Assembly: GCF_021869535.1 (NCBI RefSeq) | Contig: NW_026262690.1 | Coordinates: forward strand, 18,848,001 to 18,912,000 | Direction: 5' to 3' | Length of the DNA: 64,000 nucleotides | Source: Mytilus californianus | Lineage: Eukaryota | Part shown: one piece after another, positions 11,061 to 24,038 of the stretch | Position numbering within the stretch: the stretch's first letter is position 1 | Layout of the letters: each line of letters opens with the position of its first letter | Notes under the pieces: generated by a model | The model's database searches: none | What the model was told of the DNA's origin: nothing | What the model saw: only the letters and a program-made list of their open reading frames with translations | Program-made: the position numbers and the translations under genes

Positions 11061-12791
11061 TATCAATGTACTAGAGTGTGTTGAACAATCTAGCTGTGGA
11101 TATCAATGTACTAGAGTGTGTTTAACAATCTAGCTGTAAAATATCAATGAATTGGTGGGTGTTGAACAATCTAGCTGTGGATATCAATGTATTGGTTGGT
11201 GTTGAACAATCTAGCTGTGGATATCAATGAAGTGATAGGCGTTCAACAATTTAGCTGTGTGAAATCTAAAGATATATATCTTCAAGTAGTCCTTCACTGT
11301 TTTTATCAATGTACTAGAGTGTGTTGAACAATCTAGCTGTGGATATCAATGTAATAGAGTGTGTTTAACAATCTAGCTGTAGAATATCAATGAAGTGATG
11401 GGTGTTGAAGAATCTAGCTGTGGATATCAATGTAGCGGTTGGTTTTGAACAATTTAGCTGTGAATATCAATGTATTGTAGGGTGTTTAACAATCTAGATT
11501 AGGATATCAATGAAGTGGTAGGCGTTTAACAATTTAGCTGTGGATATCAATGTAGTGATGGATGTTGAAGAATCTAACTGTGGATATCAACGTAGCGGTG
11601 GGTGTTGAACAATCTAGCTGTGGATATCAATGTATTGTGGGGTGTTTAACAATCTAGATTTGGATATCAATAAAGTGGTAGGCGTTAACAATTTAGCTGT
11701 GGATATCAATGTAGTGATGGGTGTTGAAGAATCTAGCTGTGGATATCAATGAAGTGGTGGGTGGTGAACAGTCTAGCTGTGGATATCAATGTATTGATCG
11801 GTGTTGAACAATCTAGCTGTGGATATCAATGTAGCGGTGGTTGTTGAAAAATCTAGCTATGGATATCAATGTATTGTAGGGTGTTTAACAATCTAGATTT
11901 GGATATCAATGAAGTCACGGGTGTTGATTAATCTAGCTTTGAATACCAATGTAGCGGTTGGTGTTGCACAATCTAGCTGTGGATATCAATGAAGTGGTGG
12001 GTGTTGATCAATCTAGCTCTGGATATCAATGAAGTGGTGGGTGTTGATCAATCTAGCTGTGGATATCAATGAAGTGGTGGGTGTTGATCAATCTAGCTGT
12101 GCATATCAATGTAGTTGGGGATGTTAAGCAATCTAGTTGCGGATATCAATGAAGCGGTGGGTGTTGAACAACCTAACTGTGGATATCAATGTATTGTAGG
12201 GTGTTTAACAATCTAGATTTGGATATCAATGAAATGGTTGGTGTTGATCAATCTAGCTGTGGATATCAATGTAGCTGTATGTGTTGAACAATCAAGTTGT
12301 GGATATCAATGAAGTGATGGGTGTTGATCAATCTAGCTGTGGATATCAATGAAGTGGTGGGTGTTGATCAATCTAGCTGTGGATATCAATGAGGTGTTGG
12401 GTGTTGATCAATTTAGCTGTGGATATCAATGTAGTTGGGGATGTTAAACAATCTAGCTTTGGATATCAATGTAGCGGTGGGTGTTGAACAATCTAGCTGT
12501 GGATATTAATATATTGTAGGGTGTTTTACAATCTAGATTTGGATATCAATGAAGAGGTGGGTGTTGATCGATCTAGCTGTGGATATCAATAAAGTGGTAG
12601 GTGTTTAACAATTTAGCTGTGGATATCAATGTAGTTGGGGGTGTTAAACAATCTAGCTGTGGATATCAATGTAGTAATGGGTGTTGAACAATCAAGAATT
12701 GTATATCAATGTACTGGAGTGTGTTGAACAATCAAGCTGTTGATATCAATGTAGTGGTGGGTGTTGAACAATCTAGCTGTTGATATCAATG
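11061..12791. repeat. 40-bp tandem repeat array, about 42 units
   Basis: Consensus GTGTTGAACAATCTAGCTGTGGATATCAATGTAGTGGTGG; variable ~10-bp segment; interrupted at 11259-11305 by a duplicated piece of left flank. Confidence 0.95.
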
Positions 12792-13263
12792 CCCTTGTAA
12801 TGGTTTTTTTCATTGTGCGCTTTTCTTCATAAAACTTGTAACATTGTTTACAATTAACAGAAATAACTAAGTTGAAGGACAATACATTAAAGATATTAAC
12901 AAAACAGCAAACTTTTATGAAGATAATTGATTTCAAAATAGTATTGACGTCAACGTGAAAAAACCTGTGAAGTACGACCTTGCTAACTGAAGATAAAATG
13001 TTTACAACCAAATCAATTATCAACGATTCAGTCTGAAATTCGGTACGTCTTTTTGTGTTAATTTCTCTCTATGTAAAACAATCTTTCAATAGTTCATTTG
13101 CCAATCACCGATTTCATTCTGTTATTAGCTCACTTTTTCTTCCCTTTGGCAATCGTAGAATGGTTCTATTCCTGGCTTAATCAGTTAAATTAAATAACAC
13201 GTCTATTCTAGTATGTAAAGATTTAAGACTACGAAAACATGTCGCAAGTGAGTTGAGACACAT

Positions 13264-13600
13264 TTAAATCGTATCGTTTACCAATTCGAGGTGGTGACCA
13301 ACAAAAGTATAAAGTGTCGATTTCAGACAGGAATATGACCAACAGAACGACTGGAAAACGACTGTTGATAAAGTCGAGCATTTACAAATGAAGTCAGGAG
13401 TTAAAATGTACGAACGAATCGTATCAATTGTAAACGCCATACGATGGGGCAGCACTATGCTTCTGTTTAAAAAATTAGATGCTGATGATTGGAATTTGAA
13501 TTCATCACGTTTGTCATAGAACCTATATTGAAGTCGTCCATTTGTGTCAATATCGAGGAAAAACCAAGACATAGAGCAGACCTTCCAATTTCGGTGGTAT
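13264..13600 (-). pseudogene. Degenerate Penelope-like RT fragment
   Basis: FLDIDTNGRLQYRFYDKRDEFKF resembles the FLDL..TRIY.KRDDFNF motif of the better copies at 25.3 kb and 27.1 kb. Confidence 0.7.
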
Positions 13601-16600
13601 CTTGAATATCAAGAACTCCGTGATATATGTCACTGAAACGTGGTATATTGAGTGACAGGATATCATCAATATATCTGAAAGTGAAATTAAAGATATATGC
13701 AAAATGTTTTCCCCTTATGTCTTTGAGAAGGTTTTGTATATTTTCTGCTTCATATGAGTCAAAATGTTTTCGACTGTTTGTAGAAATATTGATATACCAA
13801 TCTCAACAAATATTGTGGCCTAAAAAAGGAATTTGTACGGAACTTACGTCATAACGATTTTCATGTAAAAAGCTACCCGAGTTACAAAATTCTTTAACAT
13901 TTGTACTTTTAATGTTGTACTTATACTGGTTAAAATAATTGTATTGGGCAACGACAATTTTAAACACTTCACACCTAGTGAAAACAGTAGTTATATATAT
14001 TTTGTCAAATGTAACGATATAAATCGAAACCAATTTTGGTCTAGCCAGCGATTTGTGTTGTCTTTTATAAGGTTAAGAAATAATCTTGTAAGAAAATGTT
14101 TAAGTTGTAACAAATAGACAAATATCCTAATTTTGGACATTGTGGTGGAGGGTCTATCAAAACTATTATGAATGTGTTACCTTTTATATTTTGAGGAAAT
14201 CAAACATTAATGAGACCAGGCGTTCGAATAAAGCTTGCCATAGAATGTTGAAAAAATCTAGATTTAAGTTTTAGAAACTGAACATTCATACTTTTATGTA
14301 TTTATATGCTATAAATGATGTATTTTGAGAAGTGTTAAATATTTCAGTGCATACGTGTCTCGGGAATAACTAGCAATGGCTATCCTTGTCATTTTAGTGA
14401 TATAACTCCTTACGCATTCAAGTATTTACCCATCCTTGACTTTATATAATTTTTAAATGTGAGCGCTACTGATTAACTAAATCGAGAAAAGAGAAATTCG
14501 ATTAGGATGCACCAGATTCATTACCTATCATTTTAATTTGCCAACGGTCGCATTCACACACAAACGTTAAAAAATCCAAACATTTGGTTGCATGAAAACA
14601 TTTTAAATTAGGAAAAGAAAACATTTTCATTCAACTTTTCTGTTGATTTCTTTTCAACATCTTATGGGACTTCTGATAACAATATGCTCACTTGCCAATC
14701 TTCCTGTTGAAGGGTTCCTATTTGGCAATATCAAACACGCAGTGTTGTGTTCATAATATTAGTCCTTAGTAATACAGCTAAATCATACAATTATCAACAA
14801 TAAAATAAACAAATATATGTATAAATATAAGGACTTATATGTTCAGAAATAACACAGGTTTTCCTAGATCAGCTGCGATCAAGACATCAATAAAAATCAT
14901 TTCTGATGTTAATCTCTCTCTTTATTTGATATAACTCATATTGATTACTTTACGAAAGAAGACGTGGGTTAAATAAAGTGAGATAGACACCCCAATAGCC
15001 CAGGTTTAGTGAAATAGACATCGATAATTCGGATGTAAGCTAAGGACAAGCGTCAATTGAGACGATAGAAGTGAAAGCTCCAAATTGTCAATACTTAACC
15101 TGAATCGGAATTAATTTAATACTAACGATCGAGTATCTGACAACTTATTCTACATAAGCAAATGCTGGTGGAAGTTATTAAAAGGAAGCTACAAGTATCA
15201 ATACATCTTCGTGTTATGAATACGTGCACTGATACAATCATACATATTTGAAGGAAACTTGAAAATAAATTATTCAAAGATTAATCAAAAATGTTAAAGT
15301 ACTAGTCATACAATACTATTGAATATTTTTATATTTAGATTAAATGTTAACTTAAAAAGAGCTAATATAATTTTAATAAAAATATGTGTTACATGTATTT
15401 CTGTTCCTGAAATGCTCTGATATTTACTTGGTATGATTTTATATGAAAATAAAGAAATGTGGTGTGATTCTAATTTCTAATTAACAACTATCCACTAAAG
15501 AAATAAGAAAAAAGGTGTAAACACAATACATCACCGTACGTTTCAACAACACCCTAATCCTATTCCGTATATCAATATGAAAATAAAAAGACGTGGTATA
15601 ATTGCCAATGAGACAACTCTAGAACAGAGACAAAATGGCGTAAAGGGTTAGCAACTATTAGCCTCAAAAGAACCTAGGATAACAAAATGCGAAACAATTC
15701 AATTAAAAATAAATGGGTTTCCAGTCTAACGTAGTTGGGGAAGGCATTGATATACACTTACCAGGCGGATATTTTCAAATGTTTGCCTAGATTTTGTTTA
15801 GCCAATTATATGAGTTAGAAAATCATTTATTTAGCCTATGTAATAATATATACTGATGTTCTGGAAATCGGAGATACATAGGGTAAATAGTACCAGGCAA
15901 CCCTATAAGTCATCGTGGGTACTGTAACGTAAATACAACGACAACCAGTCGAAACTTTGTTTAAGGATTAAACATCGTATTTAAATTGTATCAAGCCACA
16001 TTGTTCTGATCCGATCACTCGAAATTAACCCTGAAAAACATAAACTGCATGTGTCATTTTGTGTATATAAAGCGGTAAGCGCTCTATCTTAAATGTTGGA
16101 TGTCTCAAAGAAATATGAAGAGAAACACTATTATTCCGGTCTTTTGACTTTGCACTAATAATTTAATTAAGTATTTCATATTAACAAACGAAGAGTCATA
16201 TTCTTGCTATACTAAAACCGATATGAGTGGAGGAGACGTGGAAAATATTTCAAGTATTTAAGATACTAGTAATCAAAACTAAAAAGAGACTAAACAGAAC
16301 GGCAAATGTAATGTTAAACAGAACACTCTTACATACAAAGCTTGATCAGACGTTAGTGCACGTTATACACACGCTGTTGTGTTTATTCACTATTCAACAT
16401 TTAATTGGAATAAAACTTTAATATTATTTACTGCTACTGACATTCAAATCTCGTAAATCAATATTTAAGTAGTTGAAAGATTGGGATTACTCTCTTGAAA
16501 CGAAACATTGTGTAATGTTGCTAAGAGATATTTTATATACGGTTTTCGTTAATAGACTTGGAATATAAATCTCTGTTTGCTTATGTTCATCTATAGCTCT

Positions 16601-17571
16601 AAAAAAGGAAGAGAAGATATTAAGGGGGAATGAAAAACAGACAACACAGGACAAGTCTGTGGCCGACTTAAAACAGTAGCAACAACTTTAGTCCGCAAAC
16701 GGGAATGACATCGGGTGTTCTGCAACCACCAGCTGGTCCTGCTGCACTAGTGACATTCGCTGTGTTACTCTTGCTTAAATGATTATATGTGTGGTATCCC
16801 TAGATTTGGCGTTACACAATATTAGTGTGGTAATCATATCTTAAATAATCATAAAACATCAACAAATTATGAAACATCATGCTTGAAGTATAAAAACGGG
16901 TTTCAAGGACAAACGATCGACAAGACAGTTTATGTGTTTCCCTCGGTTTTGGTTTGTGACCGGAATTTATTTTCGCTTAATCAATTTATAACTATTGAAC
17001 AGCAGTTTACTACTATTGCCTTTATTTACCGATAGAAACAAAGCATACAATATTGAAAATTAGGGTCAAAGTAACATGAACCCCTTTAAAATAAATATAG
17101 TAGAATGAAGGAAAGTTGAATTCACAGAAGTCACAATCGAGAAAAAAAGGACTTGATTGTTATTACAACAAATTCACCTATAGGGAAAACGGTACTATTT
17201 ATTCTGCCATAGGCGACAATACTAACATTTTCTAAATTTACCACTTTTTATAATAAAAACCTGGACAAAACAGTTATGTGTGGTGTAAGTACTTTATTAT
17301 TCTGTTTTGTAAAGTTGAAGCCAAATAGTATCATGACCAACTTCCAACGGAGCTTGTTTATGTTATCCATGCCAACCGTCATTTTACACCAAATAAAAAC
17401 ATAAATAAAAAATATATTGTACCCTTACATCCAATTACAGCGCTCCTAAGTTGACTTCCTTCACCTGCCATGGGTACACAAAAGGCCAAACTAATGCTGG
17501 GAAAATGGAATAGTACTATTTCCCCTATATATGAAGTATATATAATACAGATATGTCATAACGGTGATGAT

Positions 17572-17630
17572 GGCGTCCGTAAAACTTTCGAAGGGATAAC
17601 TTTGACTTAAACATTAGGAAATCTTGGTTC
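17572..17630 (-). pseudogene. Short Penelope-like RT C-terminal relic (similar relic at ~1290-1355)
   Basis: Minus strand reads LNQDFLMFKSKLSLRKFYGRH, matching the thumb region (compare LMNQGY..KKFIGRY at 27.3 kb). Confidence 0.55.
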
Positions 17631-19954
17631 AATCGTTTCGTTGTGAGCACAACCCCTCAGTTCAAATCATTATTTTTTTCATATGGTTTAGTTTAAGGGG
17701 AGACCATTTGTTATTCTGGGGAAGGGGTGGTTCCAGAAGTCTTTCTCATACGAATCAAGAACAGGTTTACAAGAGGAGAGGAGCACAATTTCTCCCACAA
17801 AATGCTTACAAAGCCAGAAGTGTTTGTCACACAAATCCTACAACGCACAGAAACACATACAAGATTTTGCTAAATATCTCAAAAGAAATAGTTAAGCCGA
17901 ATTACAATCAATTATTCTGAAAAGAGGAGGACGTTTATAATTTCAAAAGAGACATGTCTAGCCATGCACTGTAATCTAACAACAAGCACTTGTCAACAAC
18001 TAAAAAGAGTTTTTTTTTTCATGTGTTTGTTTAAGAATAATGTACAATCTGTCTCGACATTAAGGCCTGATTTATTTCCTCAGAATTTTTGTTTCATGAC
18101 TTTTTTCATTTTGTCTGATTGCCGTGATATCTTTTCATTAAGTAGCAATGTTACTGATGTGGCAATAACCTTTCCCTGATATTTTCAGCCCGAGAGCTAT
18201 TGTCATATTTAAGCCTGTGTATGGAATATGTGATAATAAGCGACATGTTTTGCTACATTTTATCGAGTTTTTTTCCTCGTTCTTTATCATTCTATCAGTC
18301 TGTTGAACAAGGTGTTTAAAAACAGTATAATATTTTTGTTAAATTCAGGACACTTACAAATTGTTAAATTGTAGATCTTTGAATGTTATTTTTATCGGTA
18401 CTAACATACATTTTGATACATTAAAGCATAGCTTAATATGTATTGCTACACAGTTATAAAAACTAATGGTCCTAGAACCAGTGGATACTATAAGGCTTAT
18501 ATTTTAGCCGTGTACAGGACCAGGCTTTCATCACTGACTATGATGTATTAACAATAAATCCGTTTGATGAATGCTAATTAATACTCTTGTCTGGGAGTAC
18601 ATGATGTATGTATTAGTTGTAATTGTCTTTGTACTAGTTTTCATAAACTGTGAATAATCTTCGCACCGACTTTTCTTTTTCGTTTTGCTCATTATTGAAA
18701 GCCGTAATTTGATCTAATTTGTTTACATCCACGTCAGTTGGACTTTCGTGGATAGTTATCTCATTAACAATCATGTCACATCTCTTTATTTTGATATCAA
18801 ACAAACTCATTCATCTGTTTTACGGACAATAGAATGCATGTTGGTATATTGCATCTGATTTAAGGTCTCCAGTTTTGTCCGACCTGAGCAATACCGTCAA
18901 TGTGCAATAAACATGTATCTATATATTCATTTGCTCCTCGGTTTTTCATTTGTGATGTGTTAGTCTTGCACAATGCAACTTGAATATAATTAATAGCGTT
19001 CGAGCGGACATATTTAATTCATTGGTATCAATACTTCGTGTTCTCGGAAAGTAAATTTCCATGAGTTCACAACAAAACAAAAACCAAATTAATAAGACAG
19101 ATTGTAAGGTATTTCCCGATGAAATCCCAACTTTATTAAGGATACTCTCAAGATATATCACGCTCTCAAAATTCGGAGAGAAGCGGCACAAGAGATTGAA
19201 TCAAAGCAATCCAGCAGATCATAGAGAAATTACAACAAGCCAAATTTCCTTTCGCCCTATCTGTATGTTGAAAAGGGTGATTAAATCAAATGAAACAGAT
19301 GGAGTTATAAGAATAACGGCAAATTTAGTGTTTAAACATGTGTTTATGACCATTAAGTCAGCTGAATGAAACAAGCTGAAGTGTGAGCTTTTGTTGACCA
19401 ATGATGCACCACCTATACGTATTCAGTAAACAGGAAGTTGAGAAGCCATGGATGCATGCATGCTCACATGTTGCTTGATACCAAATTTCAGGAATCTATG
19501 ATTGGTACTTCTAAAAGAAATTGCGACATACATTTCATGGTACTGACAGACGGAATGACTGTAAAAAACACGAACGGGCGGAAGGACAAACAGGCGCTTA
19601 CAAGTTAATTATACTCCATTTGGAGAGGGTCATATGGAAAAGTTTTGATAGAACACTAAGAAATTTGATTGTTTTTACATTTTATTTATGTAATCATTTA
19701 CGTAAAGCAAAATAATTAACAAAATATTTGTAATCATAGAGTAGCAGAAATAGGTTTTTTTCATCTGATCATTTCAAATATTTCCAAACGCATTGTTCCC
19801 TCCAACAGACGCACTTAATTGTCTAAGCTTTCAGCACTTTTTGTTCACTCAAGTCAACCATATGTTCAAGTTGTTTCATTAGTCTGCATACACAAAATAT
19901 CCATAAATCGATATGCTAGCACGATGATAATTGTCTGTTGTGTGATCTGTCATG

Positions 19955-20326
19955 CTATAAGTTACACATCAGTTCTTGTGATATCTTCCGAAGTCCATTT
20001 CTTTTAGCATAATATAGAGCTGTTCTTCCAAACTTGTCCTTTGGGAGCACAGACGCTCCTTCTTTTAAGAGAAATCGCACAAAACACAACTTTTCTTCAT
20101 TTTCATTTGTACTTGTTCGACATAAAGTTATCAACAAAGATTCATCCGAAGAATTTTTACAATTAATATCAAATTTTTCATTGATTAAAATTCTGGCCAA
20201 CATGATATATCCTTCTGCAATAGCATTAAACACTTCTATTTGATTTCTGCTGTCTTTCCGCTTTCTAGCCTCGTGTCGCCATGTAGAGTTCTTAATTTTC
20301 TGTTGCAGATATTTGAACAGCGACAT
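19955..20326 (-). CDS. Small ankyrin-repeat protein, 123 aa from ATG, copy 1
   Basis: Open frame MSLFKY..FNAIAEGYIMLARILINEKFDINCKNSSDESLLITLC..VRFLLKEGASVLPKDKFGRTALYYA shows ankyrin consensus; intact paralog at 47392-47763. Could be one exon of a longer gene. Confidence 0.75.
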   Translation of the reverse strand: MSLFKYLQQKIKNSTWRHEARKRKDSRNQIEVFNAIAEGYIMLARILINEKFDINCKNSSDESLLITLCRTSTNENEEKLCFVRFLLKEGASVLPKDKFGRTALYYAKRNGLRKISQELMCNL

Positions 20327-21389
20327 TGTCTTTTGTAGCACAATATTATAAATACAAACCCATTGTTCACCTCATCCCTTTTATAGCAATAAATATGACA
20401 TATAGCATATTGTTTATTGGCACTTCCTACATGACTTTTAGGACAAATGGCATTCTGTTTTTGTTTACTTCTTTCCTGTTCTCTTGTATCTTAAAAGATC
20501 AATATCTATTTACACATTGTGCTGTTTGATTAACAGCACTTCTTTTTTTATTTTATTTTATTAAACTATTTTTACGTATTGCTTTTTCTATTTTTTTTTA
20601 TTACGTGTCATCAAAATAACACTTTATGTATATGAAACAGTTATATATTTGTCATAATTTAAGAAAAGTACATTGCTTTTACAATTTAATGAAGATTTAA
20701 AAGATACCTATACAAAGATAAGGATACCTGTAATGATTGTCAATGAAACAACTATCCACAAGAAGTTGGATTGTAGAGCATTAATTAGGTCCATACCCCC
20801 CGATAAATGTATCTAAATCTTTTATCCTTTATTTGTGGTAAACGCCGGTTAACTACTGACTAAACGGAGACATGATTAATGTGAGTTTAATCGATTAAAC
20901 ATTAGAAATTTCCATTTAACCGCGTTAACGTAGTTATAATAAATGCCCGTTTACTAGTAATTATGAATATTAAAGTAAAGAAATGCAAAATGTGAACGTG
21001 CGTTTAGTGTATGTATTGCTCGGTATGCACCAACTGTACATGACAACATAAAAACTTCCTGGTTAGAATTTTTTATTCTTATTATTGCTGAACATTGTTT
21101 TATATTGCAGGAGAAAACCATCCATCTCACCATTAATTATATATGATAATAAAGTATGCTTATACTGTATCACCCCATAAATAATCGCTTTATTGTTTAC
21201 CGCAATTATTGGCATTCCTATCGTAACCAACTGTGTGCTACTCCTTGCCGAACTGTTACTATTTTCAGGTGAGTTAGAGTTCCATCATGCACTTGTGAAA
21301 AGCTAGATAATAAAACTTCGTTTATTGGTAATGTTCTCTCCATTAAGAACACAAACGTTTCTTATTGGTTCCCATTAATAAATCCCCAT

Positions 21390-21590
21390 GAATTAGGGAT
21401 TTAAGAATCCACAGACACATCTTCCTCCGCCTCACTTTTAGACATTTACCTCGCATTTCACCCAAACAGTCATCTCCGAACCACATTCTATAACGGATGA
21501 GAAGATTTCAATTTTGAAATTATAAATTTTTCTCACCTTAGCAGCAATATACCAACTTCGAACTTGTAAGGAGTATGCATTTCTCAAATA
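21390..21590 (+). pseudogene. Degenerate Penelope-like RT fragment
   Basis: Nucleotide similarity to 27020-27200 (TTTTTAGACATTTACCTCG; CACCTTAGCAGCAATATACCAACTTC). Confidence 0.7.
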
Positions 21591-21949
21591 CATGGAAACT
21601 CGGATCAAAGGCAAAACGGACCAAAACAACCCAGACCAGTTTTAATGCAAATCGAACCACTTTTCTAGACAACTCTGACACTTTTTAGAATAATTAGGAC
21701 GTCTTTGAAAGACTAATCGGACCAATTTGAAAGACAACTAGGACTTCTTATGAAGGCAAAACATATAAGGTAAAGCAGACTTCAAGGATAACTTATTTAC
21801 AACTATAGGAAATGGCCTGGCCTTAGAAATAACGTCAAACAAATATCTGTTTTATATTTAATTGCATACAAAGATATGTGCTGTTTTATGTATTTTTATG
21901 AATGTAAATGTTCATGCGTCATTTTTCTGATTAATGAAAACAAAATCAA

Positions 21950-22680
21950 TTAAGGATGTACACCTCTGAGGAGCCAACATTTTTTAGAATTAAACCTTTT
22001 TTCTTTACCCTAATATTTTGGTTTATATGACTGTAAGAAAGTAATTGACGAAGAAAAAATCATATGGTGGTGCACTTCATTTTTTGGTACGGCCATTGGA
22101 AAATACCTTATTTTAATGATTTTCACATTTTTCATAAATTTTTATCCATTTTTGGGCTATTGTCCTGAACAAATTCACAGTTTCACAATTAAATTTGTTT
22201 TCATACTTCACTTAAGATGAAGTGGACCAATCTGAATAAATTTAACTTAAAAAAAAATATAGTTTGGTGTTAATATTAGAAAGTTTTATATAATTTTGTT
22301 GCTTTTTTGTGTCAAATTGACTATGCTGTTAATTTTGTAAATAAGGGATTATCTCTTTATTTTTTTAGAACAAGAAGTATATTATTTCAACTTCTTTCTT
22401 AAAAATGATTGAAAAAATACATATCTAAGAATTTTGAAAAGAAAAAATTGATATGGATGTACATATTTTTGTTAAAATCATTTCTTTGTACCCCTCGACC
22501 TTTTTCTCAACATTTTGGCTGATGACACTGACCGGATTAGTTATAAAATTTGAAAATTTTATTACTCAAAAACTACTTATTCTAAGTACACAAGTTTTTC
22601 AGAGAGTTTAGTTTGATAATGATATTTTTTTTAAATTCGTTAATATTTTCCACTTGTTTCACATGTTTCGGAAATATTTC
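21950..22680. repeat. Probable DNA-transposon-derived fragment starting TTAA-GGATGTACACC
   Basis: Abrupt compositional start after TTAA; partner end not found. Confidence 0.3.
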
Positions 22681-23221
22681 CAGAACGAGATTTCAACGAG
22701 ATTGAATCATCTGAAGATTACATCATTAAGCAAACTTTCGTAAAAAATCAGCTTTATGAATATTTTGATCATATACAACTTTAATCACATACAACCAGGT
22801 AATTCATTAATTGTCAATCAAAATATCTTTGTTTTTTAAAGTGTTTTTTTCATTTTGTATATCTTTGTATTTATATTTAACTTAATTCGTACTTTATGTT
22901 TTACTGTTGTCTACTAAGCACTACAAACACTTTTTCTGTTGACGTCTGTGTCAGATTTATTTGAATTAGTTGTGTTGATTATCTATGATGCATGTTAACA
23001 CAATTTTGGATGCTGGATCCCAAAAATCAAGGATCAGGGATTAAAACCGCTAATCGTTGACTCTTCGTTAATTATGATTGCAACGAACCAGTTCTACTTC
23101 CAGACAATGAAAAAAACCTGCTTCAAAATATATTTTTAGAGTTAGCTTGATGATTATAAAAAGGACTAAACTTTGTTCATATCTCTACAACTGGGGCTAG
23201 ACAAAATACCTACACCACCAA

Positions 23222-23590
23222 TGCTGTCGTTGCACCCGTAAGGGATAGCTGTTCACAATTCACGAATCCAAACATCTTCTCTTTGTAAGCTCAATACTGG
23301 CGTATTCTATAGAGGATCATTTGTTGAATGATATGTTTTCACTAAAAATCCTGAATTTCATAGAAACAATGGATTCTTCAGACTGGTGAAAGTGTTTATA
23401 GAGAAATATTTTGTTCTCAGGATCATTAATGTTACAACGGATATAACTCATTCTTTCGTTAAGTTTGTATCGTGTTTCACTGACAAGAATCAGTCCACAC
23501 AGAATACACCCAATACCATACACAATATAAGAAGAAGTACAATTCAGATCCTCGTGACTACGTGTAATGCAACCTTTGATGGTCAAGTTA
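23222..23590 (-). pseudogene. GIY-YIG endonuclease relic, Penelope-like
   Basis: LNCTSSYIVYGIGCILCGLILVSETRYKLNERM...LYKHF..SIVSMKFRI, then in another frame REDVWIREL*TAIPYGCND. Confidence 0.8.
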
Positions 23591-24038
23591 CTTTAAAAAA
23601 ATGTATCAAAATTGAAAATATCACAAGTTTTACAGTTTTTCCGATTACATTTAGAAATAAAACAATGCTGCACGATGCTGAGATCTAATATATCAGAACA
23701 GGGAATTTAAAACTTATCTTGGTTTTGTAGAACAATAAGAATGCGAAAACTGCACAAAAGTCGTTTCCCTGATATCTTTCAAAGTGATTCTAGGGACTCA
23801 TATTTCATTTCGAAGGGATGATTTTAAGTTTACCATTATTGACCATTGGGTTCACTCGTTTCACTCTAAGATAATAAGGAAATCAGGATAGAAATCACGG
23901 CTGAAATATCGTTTGAATCGGGACTTATATACTTCATATGCAGGTTTTACTAGAATGTTTTACACTGGATTGAAAAATATCACAATGGTTAAGATATAAA
24001 TCCTTTCATTCTCTTCTTATACACTAGTAAATGAAACC

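Noticed and set aside
11061-12791. CRISPR array
   Set aside because: The variable part is only ~10 bp and is reused among units; there are no unique spacers or cas genes, and the context is eukaryotic.
12706-13023. 105-aa minus-strand ORF
   Set aside because: Partly inside the 40-bp array; no recognisable domain.
19061-19369. 102-aa ORF next to the ankyrin gene
   Set aside because: The frame is not preserved in the paralogous region at 46670-46950.
20034-20243. 69-aa plus-strand ORFs conserved in both ankyrin loci (also 47471-47680)
   Set aside because: Antisense to the ankyrin CDS; conservation is explained by the sense gene.
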